From Oligoflexia bacterium (GTDB lineage Bacteria; Bdellovibrionota; UBA1018): a DNA stretch of 64,000 nucleotides. Shown one piece after another: positions 9,794 through 19,279 of the stretch. Below the pieces are notes generated by a model. The model did no database searches. It saw only the letters and a list, made by a program, of their open reading frames with translations, and had not been told where the DNA came from. The DNA lies in NCBI GenBank assembly GCA_023701205.1, contig JAMPXJ010000006.1, positions 86,404-150,403 on the forward strand. Reading direction: 5' to 3'. A program made the position numbers and the translations under genes. The stretch's first letter is position 1, and every line of letters begins with the position of its first letter.

Positions 9794-10732
9794 TTACTGC
9801 AGGGGCGGCGCTTCGGCGGGCGGTGTTTCGATGGGCGGAGCTTCGACAGGAGGCGTTTCAACGGGTGGCGCTTCCGCGGGCGGGAGGTCGGGCGTCGGCA
9901 GATCGGCGGGCGGCGCCTCGGGCTGCAGCGGGGGCTCGGGTAGCGGAGCCGTTTCACCCGCCGGCGCTTCCGCCGGAGGTGGCGCGACGGGCTCCTGAGG
10001 CGCTTCGGGCTGCGGCTGCTGCTCCGGCTCGGCCGGCTGTTCCTCGGTCGGCTGCTGCGTCGCTTCGGCGGCGCGCCGGGCGTCTTCAGCCGCGCGCTTC
10101 TGCCGGTAGACCATTTTCCAGGGTTTTTCCGGCTGCTCCAGGTAGAAAGGCATGCTGAGGCCCAGACTGACCTGGTTGTAATCGGCGGATTGCAGCAGGG
10201 GGAGGCTTTTTGGACGGGTGCCGGAGACATTCCCGAAAAGCATCCGATCATAGAAGAGATTGATCAGGAGTTTTTCCGAGAGGAAATAGCCCATTCCCAA
10301 GCGGAAAGCGAACTTGCCTCCCATGCTCATCGCGGCGTCCGTATAGCCGGACGCCAGTTGCAGGGTTCCGGTCAGTCGGAGCGGGATATACTTGAGGTTT
10401 CCGCCGATCGAGGCGCCGGCGGTAAAGATCATCCCGGACTGCTCAGGGGAGATTTCCGCCAGAAGCACCCCAGGCTCGATCGCAAAGAAAATATCCTGTC
10501 TTTCGATGCCCAATCTCACCGAGCCGCCGAAGCCGAACGTGAGGCCCGAGCCTGATGCTTCATCGAGCACCGAGGAGACGCCGAGCCCGCCGCTTACGAT
10601 CGGCTCGATGAGCATCGCAGCTCGCGCGGGCTGAGGCGCCAGCGGCAGGATCGAAAGGATGGCGAGAAGAGAAAGCTGTGAACGGATGCGCGAGGCGCGC
10701 GGCGCGGGATTTTTTCTGATCAGCTTTATCAT
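9794..10732 (-). CDS. Outer-membrane beta-barrel-like protein with C-terminal Pro/Glu/Ala-rich repeat domain
   Basis: Signal peptide (LSLLAILSILPLAPQPARA|A); alternating amphipathic strands (GFGGSVRLGIE, KFAFRLGMGYFLS, INLFYDRMLFG); C-terminal 100 aa of PPxEx repeats. Confidence 0.6.
   Translation of the reverse strand: MIKLIRKNPAPRASRIRSQLSLLAILSILPLAPQPARAAMLIEPIVSGGLGVSSVLDEASGSGLTFGFGGSVRLGIERQDIFFAIEPGVLLAEISPEQSGMIFTAGASIGGNLKYIPLRLTGTLQLASGYTDAAMSMGGKFAFRLGMGYFLSEKLLINLFYDRMLFGNVSGTRPKSLPLLQSADYNQVSLGLSMPFYLEQPEKPWKMVYRQKRAAEDARRAAEATQQPTEEQPAEPEQQPQPEAPQEPVAPPPAEAPAGETAPLPEPPLQPEAPPADLPTPDLPPAEAPPVETPPVEAPPIETPPAEAPPLQ
9803..9892. repeat. Six tandem imperfect 15-bp units encoding the PPAEA/PPVET repeats of the upstream OMP
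   Basis: gggcggcgcttcggc / gggcggtgtttcgat / gggcggagcttcgac / aggaggcgtttcaac / gggtggcgcttccgc / gggcgggaggtcggg read directly. Confidence 0.6.
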
Positions 10733-10885
10733 GAATTGTCTTCAGGATCGGTGGGCTCCCTTCTTTTGTCAAGAAGAGCGGCCCGGCGGAACGTCGAAAT
10801 CTTGACGGCGCGTTCGCGGGGTCTCGCGAACCGGACCAAAAAACTTGCTGGAATTCAGGGGAAAGAGTTAGACTTTTTTAAAGTC

Positions 10886-11716
10886 ATGAAAAGCCATGGA
10901 AATCTTTTGGAGAAGCCTACGGGAACGATCAATCCGACGGGAGTCGCGGCGGCAGCTCCGGAGCGCGCCGGACTCAGGGCCTGGTTTCTGAAGCTGCTGC
11001 TGATCCTGGTGGCGATGCTCTGGCTCACCCTGATCGGGGCGAGCTGGATGCAGGGCGCGGAGGCCGCGCAGGCCGGCGGCGGCGAGTCGCCGGCAGACGA
11101 GTACAGCTTCAAGTGGCTGGACCCCGAGAAGAAGATCTACGTTCTGCAGAACCGGAGATATCTCAAGGCCAATCGGCTGCTTTTGAGCGCGATGGCGGGG
11201 CCGGGGCTTTCGAATCCCTATCGTACGACCTTGAGCCTGGAGCCGCGCGCGGCTTTCTACTTCCGCGAGGATCTGGGCCTGGAGGTCTTCTATCGCCGCG
11301 GCTTCAACACCTCGAACAACGCTTTCAAGGCGCTGGTGGCGACGAATTCCGCGGTTTACCCGGTGATCCGCGAGATCCGCTCCGAGTACGGGGCATTGAT
11401 GCATTGGGTGCCCTGGTACGCGAAGATCAACGTCTTCAACAAGATCCTCTATTTCGACTGGTATCTTTCGGGCGGCGCCGGCCAGCTGCAGACCTGGGTC
11501 AACCGGGATGCGCGCTTCCCGGAAGGCGAGTTCCTGCAGCAGGATCTTTTCGGTCTCTTCCTGGGAACCGGTCATCAGTACCATCTTTCCCGCGGGCTGA
11601 CTGTGCGGCTGGATATCACGGGGGCCTTCTATCAGGCGCCGACTTTCGGGAGCACGGGGGATCAGGTGTGGTTCTCGGACTACAACTTCGGCTTCGGCCT
11701 GGGATTGCGGATCTGA
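10886..11716 (+). CDS. Outer-membrane beta-barrel-like protein (GltA/GltB-like candidate)
   Basis: Hydrophobic N-terminal segment then AEAAQA; amphipathic beta-strand pattern; C-terminal ...YNFGFGLGLRI typical of OM barrel termini; start chosen at the internal ATG 10886 (longest ORF starts 10736). Confidence 0.55.
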   Translation: MKSHGNLLEKPTGTINPTGVAAAAPERAGLRAWFLKLLLILVAMLWLTLIGASWMQGAEAAQAGGGESPADEYSFKWLDPEKKIYVLQNRRYLKANRLLLSAMAGPGLSNPYRTTLSLEPRAAFYFREDLGLEVFYRRGFNTSNNAFKALVATNSAVYPVIREIRSEYGALMHWVPWYAKINVFNKILYFDWYLSGGAGQLQTWVNRDARFPEGEFLQQDLFGLFLGTGHQYHLSRGLTVRLDITGAFYQAPTFGSTGDQVWFSDYNFGFGLGLRI

Positions 11717-13236
11717 TGCGCGCAGCGGCTCTGCTCATCGCGGCGACGGTTCTCTCGGGGGGCGTCGCGGGCGCCGAGGAGCTTTCGGGCGCGGCCGCGA
11801 TCCGGGATGCCCAGGCGCTTTACCGCTCGGGGCAGTATTTCAAGGCGGCGCGCTACGCTTTCAGCGCGAAGGAGGCGGATCCGGGCCTCGCGGCGGAATC
11901 GTATTCCTGGGTCGCGCGCGGGCTGATTCGCGCGCGCCTCTATCACTCGGCTTCCTATTTTTTCATCAAGACGCTTCAGCAGAAGGACAAGGCCGCCATC
12001 CGTCGCGTGCTCGTCGACACGCAGGAGCTCATGGTCCGGGTGGGGCCCGATCTGCTCCGGCGCTATCTCCTCCAGCACACGCAGCTCGAGGATTACGATG
12101 CGCTCAACCGAAGCGCCTATCTCTACGCGCTCGGCAAGGACGCGCTCCTCGGCGGCAAGGAGGAGAAGGCGGTCGGGTACCTGAGCGCCATGAGCCCCAA
12201 GAGCCCGCTCTGGCCTTATGCGCTGCAGCTCCGCGGCTCGGCCCAGGCGATCCTGGGACGGGGAGACGCGGCGCTCGGGGATTTCCGCGGCTGCGCGGCG
12301 CTTTCGGATTCGTCGCCGGAGCTCGAGGATCTCGAGGCGCGCTGCAGGGCGGGCGAGGCGCGCACCCTGTATCAGCTGAATCGCTTCGAGGAGGCCGATC
12401 TGACCTATGACCAGATTCCGAAGACGAGCCTGGTCTGGCCCGACATCCTTTTCGAGCAGGCGTGGAACGCCTTCGCGCGCAACGAGTTCAACCGCTCTCT
12501 GGGCAAGCTGGTTTCCTACAAGAGTCCCGCGCTGAGCTTCGTCTTCAATCCCGAGATCGAGGTCCTGCGCGCGCAGTCGTTCCTGGCGCTTTGCCTTTAT
12601 GCCGAGGCCAACGACGCGATCAACGATTTCAACGGGAGATACGCGGGCGTGGGGGAGAAGGTGAAACGCCTGGTCGAGGAGAATTCCTCGAACGTGGGCG
12701 CGTTCCATGCGCTCGGCAGGCAGGCGCTTCGCGCCTCGATCACTTCGAAGGACGGCGTGCAGCAGCTGCTCAACCGCTTCGTGCGCGGGCCCTACTTCCA
12801 GACGCTGGTCAAGGCCGAGGAGGCCGCGGCCGCGGAGCTGGCGGTGATCCGTCGCTTCGATGCCGCGCAGCCGGGAGTGACTCACGATCCGAGCAAGGGG
12901 TTCCCGGGCTTCCTCGCGCAGGTCCTGGCCTGGCGCGCGCACTCGGCGCGGATGCTGGGCGGCGTTTTCGTGAAGAACAGCCTCATGGATCACCACGCCG
13001 AGCTGCTCGCGAATTTCGACAAGATGTCCTTCATCAAGCTGGAGATGCTCAAGAGGGCCAAGGAGCAGATCCTGTTGAAGAGCCGCGCCCGGGCCGACCG
13101 CGGCTGGGGGAATATCGAGCCTTCGCGGCAGGATTACCAGTATTACTGGGGCTTCAACGGGGAGTTCTGGAACGACGAGCTCGGTGACTACGTCTTCGGG
13201 CTCGAGTCAGAGTGCGGAGGCCGGAATGGGGCGTGA
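11716..13236 (+). CDS. Secreted TPR-like protein (GltE/AglT-like candidate), 507 aa
   Basis: ATG overlaps the upstream stop (ATGA); signal peptide MRAAALLIAATVLSGGVAGA; helical-repeat-like sequence (AQALYRSGQYFKAARYAF..., ALQLRGSAQAILGRGDAA...); the antisense 438-aa ORF is an Arg/Leu-rich artefact. Confidence 0.65.
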   Translation: MRAAALLIAATVLSGGVAGAEELSGAAAIRDAQALYRSGQYFKAARYAFSAKEADPGLAAESYSWVARGLIRARLYHSASYFFIKTLQQKDKAAIRRVLVDTQELMVRVGPDLLRRYLLQHTQLEDYDALNRSAYLYALGKDALLGGKEEKAVGYLSAMSPKSPLWPYALQLRGSAQAILGRGDAALGDFRGCAALSDSSPELEDLEARCRAGEARTLYQLNRFEEADLTYDQIPKTSLVWPDILFEQAWNAFARNEFNRSLGKLVSYKSPALSFVFNPEIEVLRAQSFLALCLYAEANDAINDFNGRYAGVGEKVKRLVEENSSNVGAFHALGRQALRASITSKDGVQQLLNRFVRGPYFQTLVKAEEAAAAELAVIRRFDAAQPGVTHDPSKGFPGFLAQVLAWRAHSARMLGGVFVKNSLMDHHAELLANFDKMSFIKLEMLKRAKEQILLKSRARADRGWGNIEPSRQDYQYYWGFNGEFWNDELGDYVFGLESECGGRNGA

Positions 13237-16200
13237 GTACGCGATCCTGCCCGCGTTGCTGGCGTTGAGTCTCGCGGCCGGGGTGCCGACGGCGTCGACG
13301 CCCGCGTGGGCTGCGACGAGCGCCTACTCCGAAGCGGAGATCCGCTCGATCGAGACCCCGGACGAGGTCCGGGTGCGCGAGCTGCGCAATCAGGAAATCA
13401 CCCAGCTCAGGATCGCGCTGGGCCGGCGCCTGCCCAACAATCGCCGGGCCGATCTCTATTTCCGTCTCGCGGAGATCTACCTCGAAGCCTACCGCATGGA
13501 ATACCTGCTCGAGGGGCGGGCTCACGAGAAGCGCGTCGAGAGCGGTCGGCAGGAGAAGGGGATCGATCATTCCCGCTCGAGGCCTTATCTGAAGAGCGGC
13601 ATCGCCGCCAGCCGGGAGATCCTGCGCTTCGGGATTCCCTACCCGAAGCTGGATCAGGTGTATTTCTTCCTCGGCTTCAATCACGGGGAGCTCGGGGAGG
13701 AGAAAGAAAGCCTCCGCTATTTCGAGCAGCTCGTGCGCAAGTTCCCCGGTAGCGTTTTCGCGGCGGAAGCTTATCAGCAGATGGGCGACGCCGCGTTCGA
13801 CGCGGGCCAGTTCCGCAAGGCGCAGGGGCATTATGAGGCCGCCACCGAGCTCGCCGCGCGCAAGGGCGCGGGCGACGGGGCGGTGCTGCCCCGGGTGCTG
13901 CACAAGCTGGCCTGGTGCTATTACCGGATCCGGCAGCATGACCGCGCCGTGGAAACCATGAAGCGCGCGATCGCGGCCGCGCGCCGGAGCGACGAGAAGT
14001 TCCTCTCGCTGCGCGAGGAGGCGCTCCGAGACATGGCCGTCTTCATGACGGAGTCCGGAAAAGTGGATGAGGCGGTCGCGTATTTCCAGGAGGCCGCCGG
14101 CGACAAGAGCTTCTATCCGAGGCTGCTCGAGAAGCTGGGCCGGCAGTACGAGCGCGGAGTGGAGCCGGCGAAAGCCACGCAGGTCTACGAGTCGCTGCTG
14201 AAGACGCATCCGGGAAGCGACGCCGCCTTCCGGGTGCTGGTGAAGCTGGTGGACCTCGATTTGCGACGCGGGCGCCATCGCGAAGCCCTGGCCCGCCTGC
14301 GGGACCTTCGCCTGAAGTCCGGGGATGACGAGACACAGGTGGCCTCGCAGAACCTCCGCGCGATGGTGCGGCGGACCGCGACGGAGCATCACGAGAAGTT
14401 CCGTAAGGCCGCGGGCGAGACCGGCGGCTCCGCCCGTTCGAAGGCGTTGCCCGCCCTCGAGATCGCCGAGGCCTTTTACGAGGTCTATCTCGCGACCTTC
14501 CTCGCCCAGGATGATCCCCGCAAGGAGACGCCGGAGATCCAGATGTATCTGGCCGAGGTGAAACGGGATCTCGGCAAGTCCAAGGAAGCGTCGGCGCTGT
14601 ACCGCAAGGTCGTGGATTCGCGTGATTCGCGCTATGCGAAGGAGGCTGGCGCCCTTTGGACGGCGAGTCTCGCCGAGGCGATCCGCAAGGAAATCTCCCA
14701 GGGACAGGCCCAGGGCAAGTCGCAGGAACCCTCGGAGCTGGAACGCGAGTTCATCTCGGCCGCGGACGCGCTCCGGGACGCGATCGGGGACACCGCCGAG
14801 GGACGCGAGGCCGCGCTCAAGGCCGCCGAAGTGCTGGCCGGTTACAAGGGCACCCAGAAGGACGCGATCAAGCGCGTGGAGAAGATCATCGATCGCTGGC
14901 CCCGTTCCGCGCAGGCCGTGACGGCCGCCCGGCTGTGGCTGCAGCTGCTTTCGGATCGCGGCGCGGGCGCTCTCGACGAGCTGAGCGACGCGCTCAAGGA
15001 GCTGCGCGGGAACGGCGTGCTCCTCGCCGCCGATCAGGAGCACGGAAAAGGAAAGCTTCACGCGCAGCTCGCCGAGCTGGAGTCCCGCGTCCGAATCGCG
15101 ACGATTGCGTCGCATGAGAAGGAAATGGACTTCGCCGCCGCCGCGAAGGGGTACGAGGAGTTCGCCCGCGACGCGGCCCAGCGGGAGCTCGCGGAGAAGG
15201 CCTATGCCAACGCGATCGGCAGTCATCTGAAGGCCGGCGACGATGAGGCCGTCGAGCGCGTCGGCCAGGCCTGGCTCAAGCGTTTCCCGAAAAGCCCGAA
15301 GGCCGCGGAGTCCTTGCGGGCAGCGGCGACCCAGCAGCTGGTCGCGGGTCGCTTCGACAAGGCAGCGAGGCTTTTCGAGCGCCTCGGCACCGAGGGCGGT
15401 GAGGCGGATTCGCTGGAAACCTCCGCCCGCATCCATGAGGGGCTCGGCAATGCCGGGGCGCTGACGAGCGCACTCAAGGCCTACCTCGGGACCTATCAGA
15501 CTCCGCAGCGGCCGCAGCTCGCGCTGCAGCTCGCGCGGGCGCTCGAGGCCGCGGGTCAGGACAGCGAGGCTTCCCGTTACTATCGCTTGTGCATGAGCGG
15601 CAGCGGGGAGCTCGAAACCGAATGCGGCGCGCGGCTGGCCGATCTGCATCTGCGCTCCAAGAGCGTGGCCGAAGCCAAGGCGCTCTATCGCAAGGTCGGC
15701 AAGGGCGGGGATTCCCCGTGGGTCGGTTATGCGCGCTACATGCTGGCGTCGATTACGGAGCAGGAGGCGGCTTTTCAGCCGTTGTCGCTTCCGGAAGCCC
15801 GGCTGAAGAAAGCCATGAGCCAACGCCTGGCGTTCGTCGAGACGCTGAGCCGCGCATACAATTCCGCGGTCGAGGCGGGTGGGCCCTGGGCCATCGCCGC
15901 ACTGGACCGGCTGGCGGACTGGGTACTCAGGTTCGCTGACGAGGTGGATGCGATCGCGACGCCCCCGCAGGCCAGCCCCGCGGCGGTCGCGCAGTTCCGA
16001 AAAAGCCTGGCGAGCGTGAGCTTGCCGCTGCGGCGCAAGGCGCTTCAGACCTGGCAGCAGGCCTATGCGAAGTCGGCCGCGGCGGAGGCGCTCAGTCCGG
16101 CGCTCCCGGGCATCGCGGACCGGCTGGCCGACTTCAAGGTGGGAGGCATCGGCAAGGCTCAGGGATTCAGAGGCCGGTTCCGGCTCGCGGGCATTCCCGC

Positions 16201-16864
16201 GAACGGCGGCTCCGAGGGAGGCGCGGCCTTGGAGAAGACGCGCGAAAGGCTTGCGAAGAACCTGCAGGACGCCGGCGCCTGGGTCGATTACGGCAATCTG
16301 CTTTGGGGCCAAGGCAAGCCGTTGCTCTCGAAGCTGGCTTATGATCGCGCACTGGCGCTCAACGCGCGCAATCCCGCGGCACTGAACAACCGCGCCGTCG
16401 TGGAGCTGAGTCTCGCGGACGCCGAGGATGACTGGAGCCTGGCGGCGGGAGCTTACGAGCGTTTCAAGAGCGCGCTCCGGCAGGACGAGTTCTTCCTTCC
16501 GGCGAAGTTCAACCGGGCGGCCCTGCTGAACTATTACCGGATCTTCGCGAAGGCCAAACCGCTCTGGGAGCAGGTGCTCGCCAAGGGCGCCAATGCCGAC
16601 GCGCAGGAGGGTCTCGGGATCGCGCTGCAGGGGCTGGGCAAGTCCGAGGCCGCCGCGGAGGGCTTCCGCAAGGCGGCCGCATCCGGAGGCTCCGCCTCGC
16701 GTTTCGTGTTCGCCTATCACGAGGCCGCGCGGGAGCCGGAGAGCTGCCAGGCGCGGCTCGAAGAGCTCGATGCGGGCTCGCTTTCCGGCTTCGAGAAGGC
16801 CGCGGTCGAGCGCCTCAGGAAAACGTGTTCCATGCGACAACCAACCTCGGGGAAATCAAGATGA
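13226..16864 (+). CDS. Giant secreted TPR-repeat protein (~1212 aa; GltD/AgmU- or NfsD-like candidate)
   Basis: Signal peptide MGREYAILPALLALSLAAGVPTAS; numerous TPR-like repeats (AEAYQQMGDAAFDAGQFRKAQGHYEAA...); start overlaps the upstream stop; an equally long antisense ORF (13154..16840) is rejected on composition. Confidence 0.75.
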   Translation: MGREYAILPALLALSLAAGVPTASTPAWAATSAYSEAEIRSIETPDEVRVRELRNQEITQLRIALGRRLPNNRRADLYFRLAEIYLEAYRMEYLLEGRAHEKRVESGRQEKGIDHSRSRPYLKSGIAASREILRFGIPYPKLDQVYFFLGFNHGELGEEKESLRYFEQLVRKFPGSVFAAEAYQQMGDAAFDAGQFRKAQGHYEAATELAARKGAGDGAVLPRVLHKLAWCYYRIRQHDRAVETMKRAIAAARRSDEKFLSLREEALRDMAVFMTESGKVDEAVAYFQEAAGDKSFYPRLLEKLGRQYERGVEPAKATQVYESLLKTHPGSDAAFRVLVKLVDLDLRRGRHREALARLRDLRLKSGDDETQVASQNLRAMVRRTATEHHEKFRKAAGETGGSARSKALPALEIAEAFYEVYLATFLAQDDPRKETPEIQMYLAEVKRDLGKSKEASALYRKVVDSRDSRYAKEAGALWTASLAEAIRKEISQGQAQGKSQEPSELEREFISAADALRDAIGDTAEGREAALKAAEVLAGYKGTQKDAIKRVEKIIDRWPRSAQAVTAARLWLQLLSDRGAGALDELSDALKELRGNGVLLAADQEHGKGKLHAQLAELESRVRIATIASHEKEMDFAAAAKGYEEFARDAAQRELAEKAYANAIGSHLKAGDDEAVERVGQAWLKRFPKSPKAAESLRAAATQQLVAGRFDKAARLFERLGTEGGEADSLETSARIHEGLGNAGALTSALKAYLGTYQTPQRPQLALQLARALEAAGQDSEASRYYRLCMSGSGELETECGARLADLHLRSKSVAEAKALYRKVGKGGDSPWVGYARYMLASITEQEAAFQPLSLPEARLKKAMSQRLAFVETLSRAYNSAVEAGGPWAIAALDRLADWVLRFADEVDAIATPPQASPAAVAQFRKSLASVSLPLRRKALQTWQQAYAKSAAAEALSPALPGIADRLADFKVGGIGKAQGFRGRFRLAGIPANGGSEGGAALEKTRERLAKNLQDAGAWVDYGNLLWGQGKPLLSKLAYDRALALNARNPAALNNRAVVELSLADAEDDWSLAAGAYERFKSALRQDEFFLPAKFNRAALLNYYRIFAKAKPLWEQVLAKGANADAQEGLGIALQGLGKSEAAAEGFRKAAASGGSASRFVFAYHEAAREPESCQARLEELDAGSLSGFEKAAVERLRKTCSMRQPTSGKSR

Positions 16865-17172
16865 CTTCCGCTTTTCGCGTGCTGTTTTTCATACTGACTC
16901 TCGCGGCGATCGGGGGCGTCTCCTTCGCCGCGGGCCTCGCCTGGGCGATCTCGGCGGAAGCCGCGGAACGGGACGGCGGCAAGGGCCGTTCCAAGGTCGT
17001 CTATCCCGAGAAGACGGAGCTGGATTTCGAGGGGCTGGCGATCGAAGGCGAGATCCGCAATCCGGGGGAATTCTACTTCCAGCACCGCACCGAGGAGAAG
17101 TTCGACTCGCTCGTGAAGCGGCGGCGCGACTTCCACCGCGAGATGCTGCGCGACGCGGTACTGGGAAAATAA
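16861..17172 (+). CDS. Small secreted protein (GltF-like candidate), ~103 aa
   Basis: ATGA overlap with the giant TPR gene; signal peptide MTSAFRVLFFILTLAAIGGVSFAAGLAWA; immediately upstream of the FHA protein. Confidence 0.5.
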   Translation: MTSAFRVLFFILTLAAIGGVSFAAGLAWAISAEAAERDGGKGRSKVVYPEKTELDFEGLAIEGEIRNPGEFYFQHRTEEKFDSLVKRRRDFHREMLRDAVLGK

Positions 17173-17184
17173 CGGAGAAGCACC

Positions 17185-19269
17185 ATGGATCACGGCGAGC
17201 AGGGCCCAAACGACGAGACCGTCACCGAAACATCCCGCAACGCGCCCCTGGCGCGCAAGGCGGCGCTCTTCTCCCTCGAGGTTCCCGCGGGCGGCGCTCC
17301 GCTCGAGGCGGATCAACAGCGCGTCTTCCGCCTGGGCAAGGAGCGCATCGTCGTAGGCTCGGTCGTTTCGGCTGACGTCCGGCTCCTGGGCAAGGGCGTG
17401 GCCCCGCTTCACGCGGTGGTCGAGATCACGGGCGCGCTTTCGGGCGAGCCCGAGGCCACCGTATACGATCTGGCGAGCGATTCCGGCGTTTTCGTCAACG
17501 GTCGGAAGATCGTGACCGGCGCCCTGAAGCCGGGCGATCTGCTGCGGGTGGGGCCGCACGAGCTTCGCTTCTCGATCAGCGACGCCGAGAAGGTGGTGCC
17601 GCGCGAGCGGGTGCGCGAGGCCGAAGGCCGCAAGCTCTATCTCAATCCCGATGAGGACCTGGCGCCGCTTCTGCTTCAGAGCGACGGCGAGGTGGATAAG
17701 ATCTTCGACTTCAGCCCGTGTCGCAAACGGGCGCTCGCGGTCGTGATGTCCTGGCACGGGACGATCATCGACGTGGAGCATTTCGTGAAGGAGAAATCCG
17801 TCACCGTCGGCGCCAACCGCAGGAGCGATTTCGCCATTCCGCCGCTGCTCTCGTCGAGCCGCTACGCGATCGTCACGCGGAGCGGGGAGGACTTCGTCCT
17901 GAATCTCGATCCGCAGATGAAAGGCGTGATCCAGCGCAAAGGCAAGCTCGAGACGTTCGAGGGGATCCGCGAAGGCGCATCGGTCGCCGGGCCGCAGAGC
18001 TATGGCATCCCGATCGGCAACGAGGATTTCGCCAAGGTTTCCATCGGCGACGTCGACTTCTACCTGAGCTACACCGACGCGCCCCCGCGCGTGAAGGCGG
18101 GCCGGCTGCTCGATCGCGATCCCTTCTTCCTGCGGGTCTTCGCGACTTCCCTGCTTTTCACCGCGGTCACGATCGGGGCCATGCTCAACGCCAACGTCCC
18201 GCAGAACCTCGAGGCCGAGCAGATCCCCGAGCGGATCGCGACGATCCTCTATCAGCCGGAGAAATACAGCGCACGCCCGAAGCGTGCGCCTGAGCCCTCG
18301 AGGCCCGAGCCCGTGAGAGCCGAGACCGCGAGGCCGCAGCCCAAGCCCACGCAGGTGGCGAAGCTCGACCTTCAGCCGAATCCGGCGAACGCCAAGAAGC
18401 CCGTGCCCAAGGAAATGAACGTGGGCGCGAAGCCCGAGGTCGCGAAGAATCCGGGCGGCTCCAAGAAGAAAAGCCCGGGCCAACGCGAGGCCAAGGAAGG
18501 ACGCGGCGCGCGCGCCAAGGGTACCGAAGGCAAGAGAGGCAGTCCCAAGGCCGCTCCTGGCGACAAGCCTCAGGACAGGGCGATGCGCGCATCGGCGCAG
18601 GGAGGTCCGGGGCGCGGCGGGGGCGCAAGCCAGGTCGAGAGCATCGGCAACGTGGACTTCCTGAGCTCCGCGGGCGCGAAGATTTCAGACATCCTCGGCA
18701 ACAGCGCCGAGAAGCTCGGCAAGGGCGGTGAGCGACTCAAGGGCTTCGGCGGTTTCACCACGCAAGGGGGCGGGGGGCTCGCGCTCTCCGGTGACGGCAA
18801 GGGCGGCGGCGGGACGGCCGATTCCCTGGGCGGCCTCGCCACGAGCGGTACCGGCGGCGGGCGAGTGGGCACCGGCAAGGGCGCCGCGGGCTTGGGCAGC
18901 GGCATGATCGGAGGCAAGGCGCGCGTGGCGATCCGCACGGGCGGTCCCGAGGAGGCTGTCGTCATGGGCTCCATCGACGCCAGCGCGGTCGAAGCCGCGC
19001 TGCTCGCGCACCGGGACGAGTTCCGGCTCTGCTACGAAAAGGAAATCAACGCCGAGACGCCTGATCTTGCGGGCCGCGTGAGCACGAGCTTCGTGATCGG
19101 CTCCACGGGCCGAGTGACCCAGGCGGGCATCGAGTCGACGACCCTGAAGCACGCCAATACCGAGCGCTGCGTGCTGAACGTGATCCGGCGGATCGACTTC
19201 CCGATCCCGCGCGGGGCGGGCATCGTGCAGGTTACCTATCCGTTCAAGTTCAATCCGACGCGGCGCTAG
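17185..19269 (+). CDS. FHA-domain / single-TM / Pro-Lys-rich and Gly-rich linker / TonB_C-like periplasmic domain protein (GltG/PglI-like candidate)
   Basis: FHA-like N-terminus (VFRLGKERIVVGSVVSADVRLLGKGVAPLHAVVE...VYDLASDSGVFVNGRKI...LRVGPHELRF); TM helix FFLRVFATSLLFTAVTIGAML; PKP/KPE-rich then GGxG-rich linkers; C-terminal TonB_C-like pattern (...STSFVIGSTGRV...CVLNVIRRIDFPIPRG...VTYPFKF); SD ggagaag before ATG. Confidence 0.75.
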   Translation: MDHGEQGPNDETVTETSRNAPLARKAALFSLEVPAGGAPLEADQQRVFRLGKERIVVGSVVSADVRLLGKGVAPLHAVVEITGALSGEPEATVYDLASDSGVFVNGRKIVTGALKPGDLLRVGPHELRFSISDAEKVVPRERVREAEGRKLYLNPDEDLAPLLLQSDGEVDKIFDFSPCRKRALAVVMSWHGTIIDVEHFVKEKSVTVGANRRSDFAIPPLLSSSRYAIVTRSGEDFVLNLDPQMKGVIQRKGKLETFEGIREGASVAGPQSYGIPIGNEDFAKVSIGDVDFYLSYTDAPPRVKAGRLLDRDPFFLRVFATSLLFTAVTIGAMLNANVPQNLEAEQIPERIATILYQPEKYSARPKRAPEPSRPEPVRAETARPQPKPTQVAKLDLQPNPANAKKPVPKEMNVGAKPEVAKNPGGSKKKSPGQREAKEGRGARAKGTEGKRGSPKAAPGDKPQDRAMRASAQGGPGRGGGASQVESIGNVDFLSSAGAKISDILGNSAEKLGKGGERLKGFGGFTTQGGGGLALSGDGKGGGGTADSLGGLATSGTGGGRVGTGKGAAGLGSGMIGGKARVAIRTGGPEEAVVMGSIDASAVEAALLAHRDEFRLCYEKEINAETPDLAGRVSTSFVIGSTGRVTQAGIESTTLKHANTERCVLNVIRRIDFPIPRGAGIVQVTYPFKFNPTRR

Positions 19270-19279
19270 TACTGCGTCC

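Noticed and set aside
10733-10885. Possible sigma-54 promoter (GG-N-GC) in the divergent intergenic region before the glt-like operon
   Set aside because: GG to GC spacing in cGGaccaaaaaacttGCt is 2 nt too long for the -24/-12 consensus; only a short CTTCTT-TTGTCA-AAGAAG palindrome is noted, no confident promoter
11113-13236. 707-aa plus-strand ORF from an upstream ATG overlapping the barrel gene 10886..11716; also minus ORF 11680..12996
   Set aside because: The upstream extension is an Arg/Gly-rich out-of-context frame across another gene; the real start is the ATG at 11716 with a signal peptide. The minus ORF is an antisense artefact
13154-16840. 1228-aa minus-strand ORF antisense to the giant TPR gene
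   Set aside because: Arg/Leu/Gly/Pro-dominated composition typical of the reverse complement of GC-rich coding DNA; the plus-strand product has a signal peptide and TPR repeats
16717-18483. 588-aa minus-strand ORF antisense to the FHA-TonB_C gene
   Set aside because: Antisense artefact; the FHA motifs and TM helix are on the plus strand
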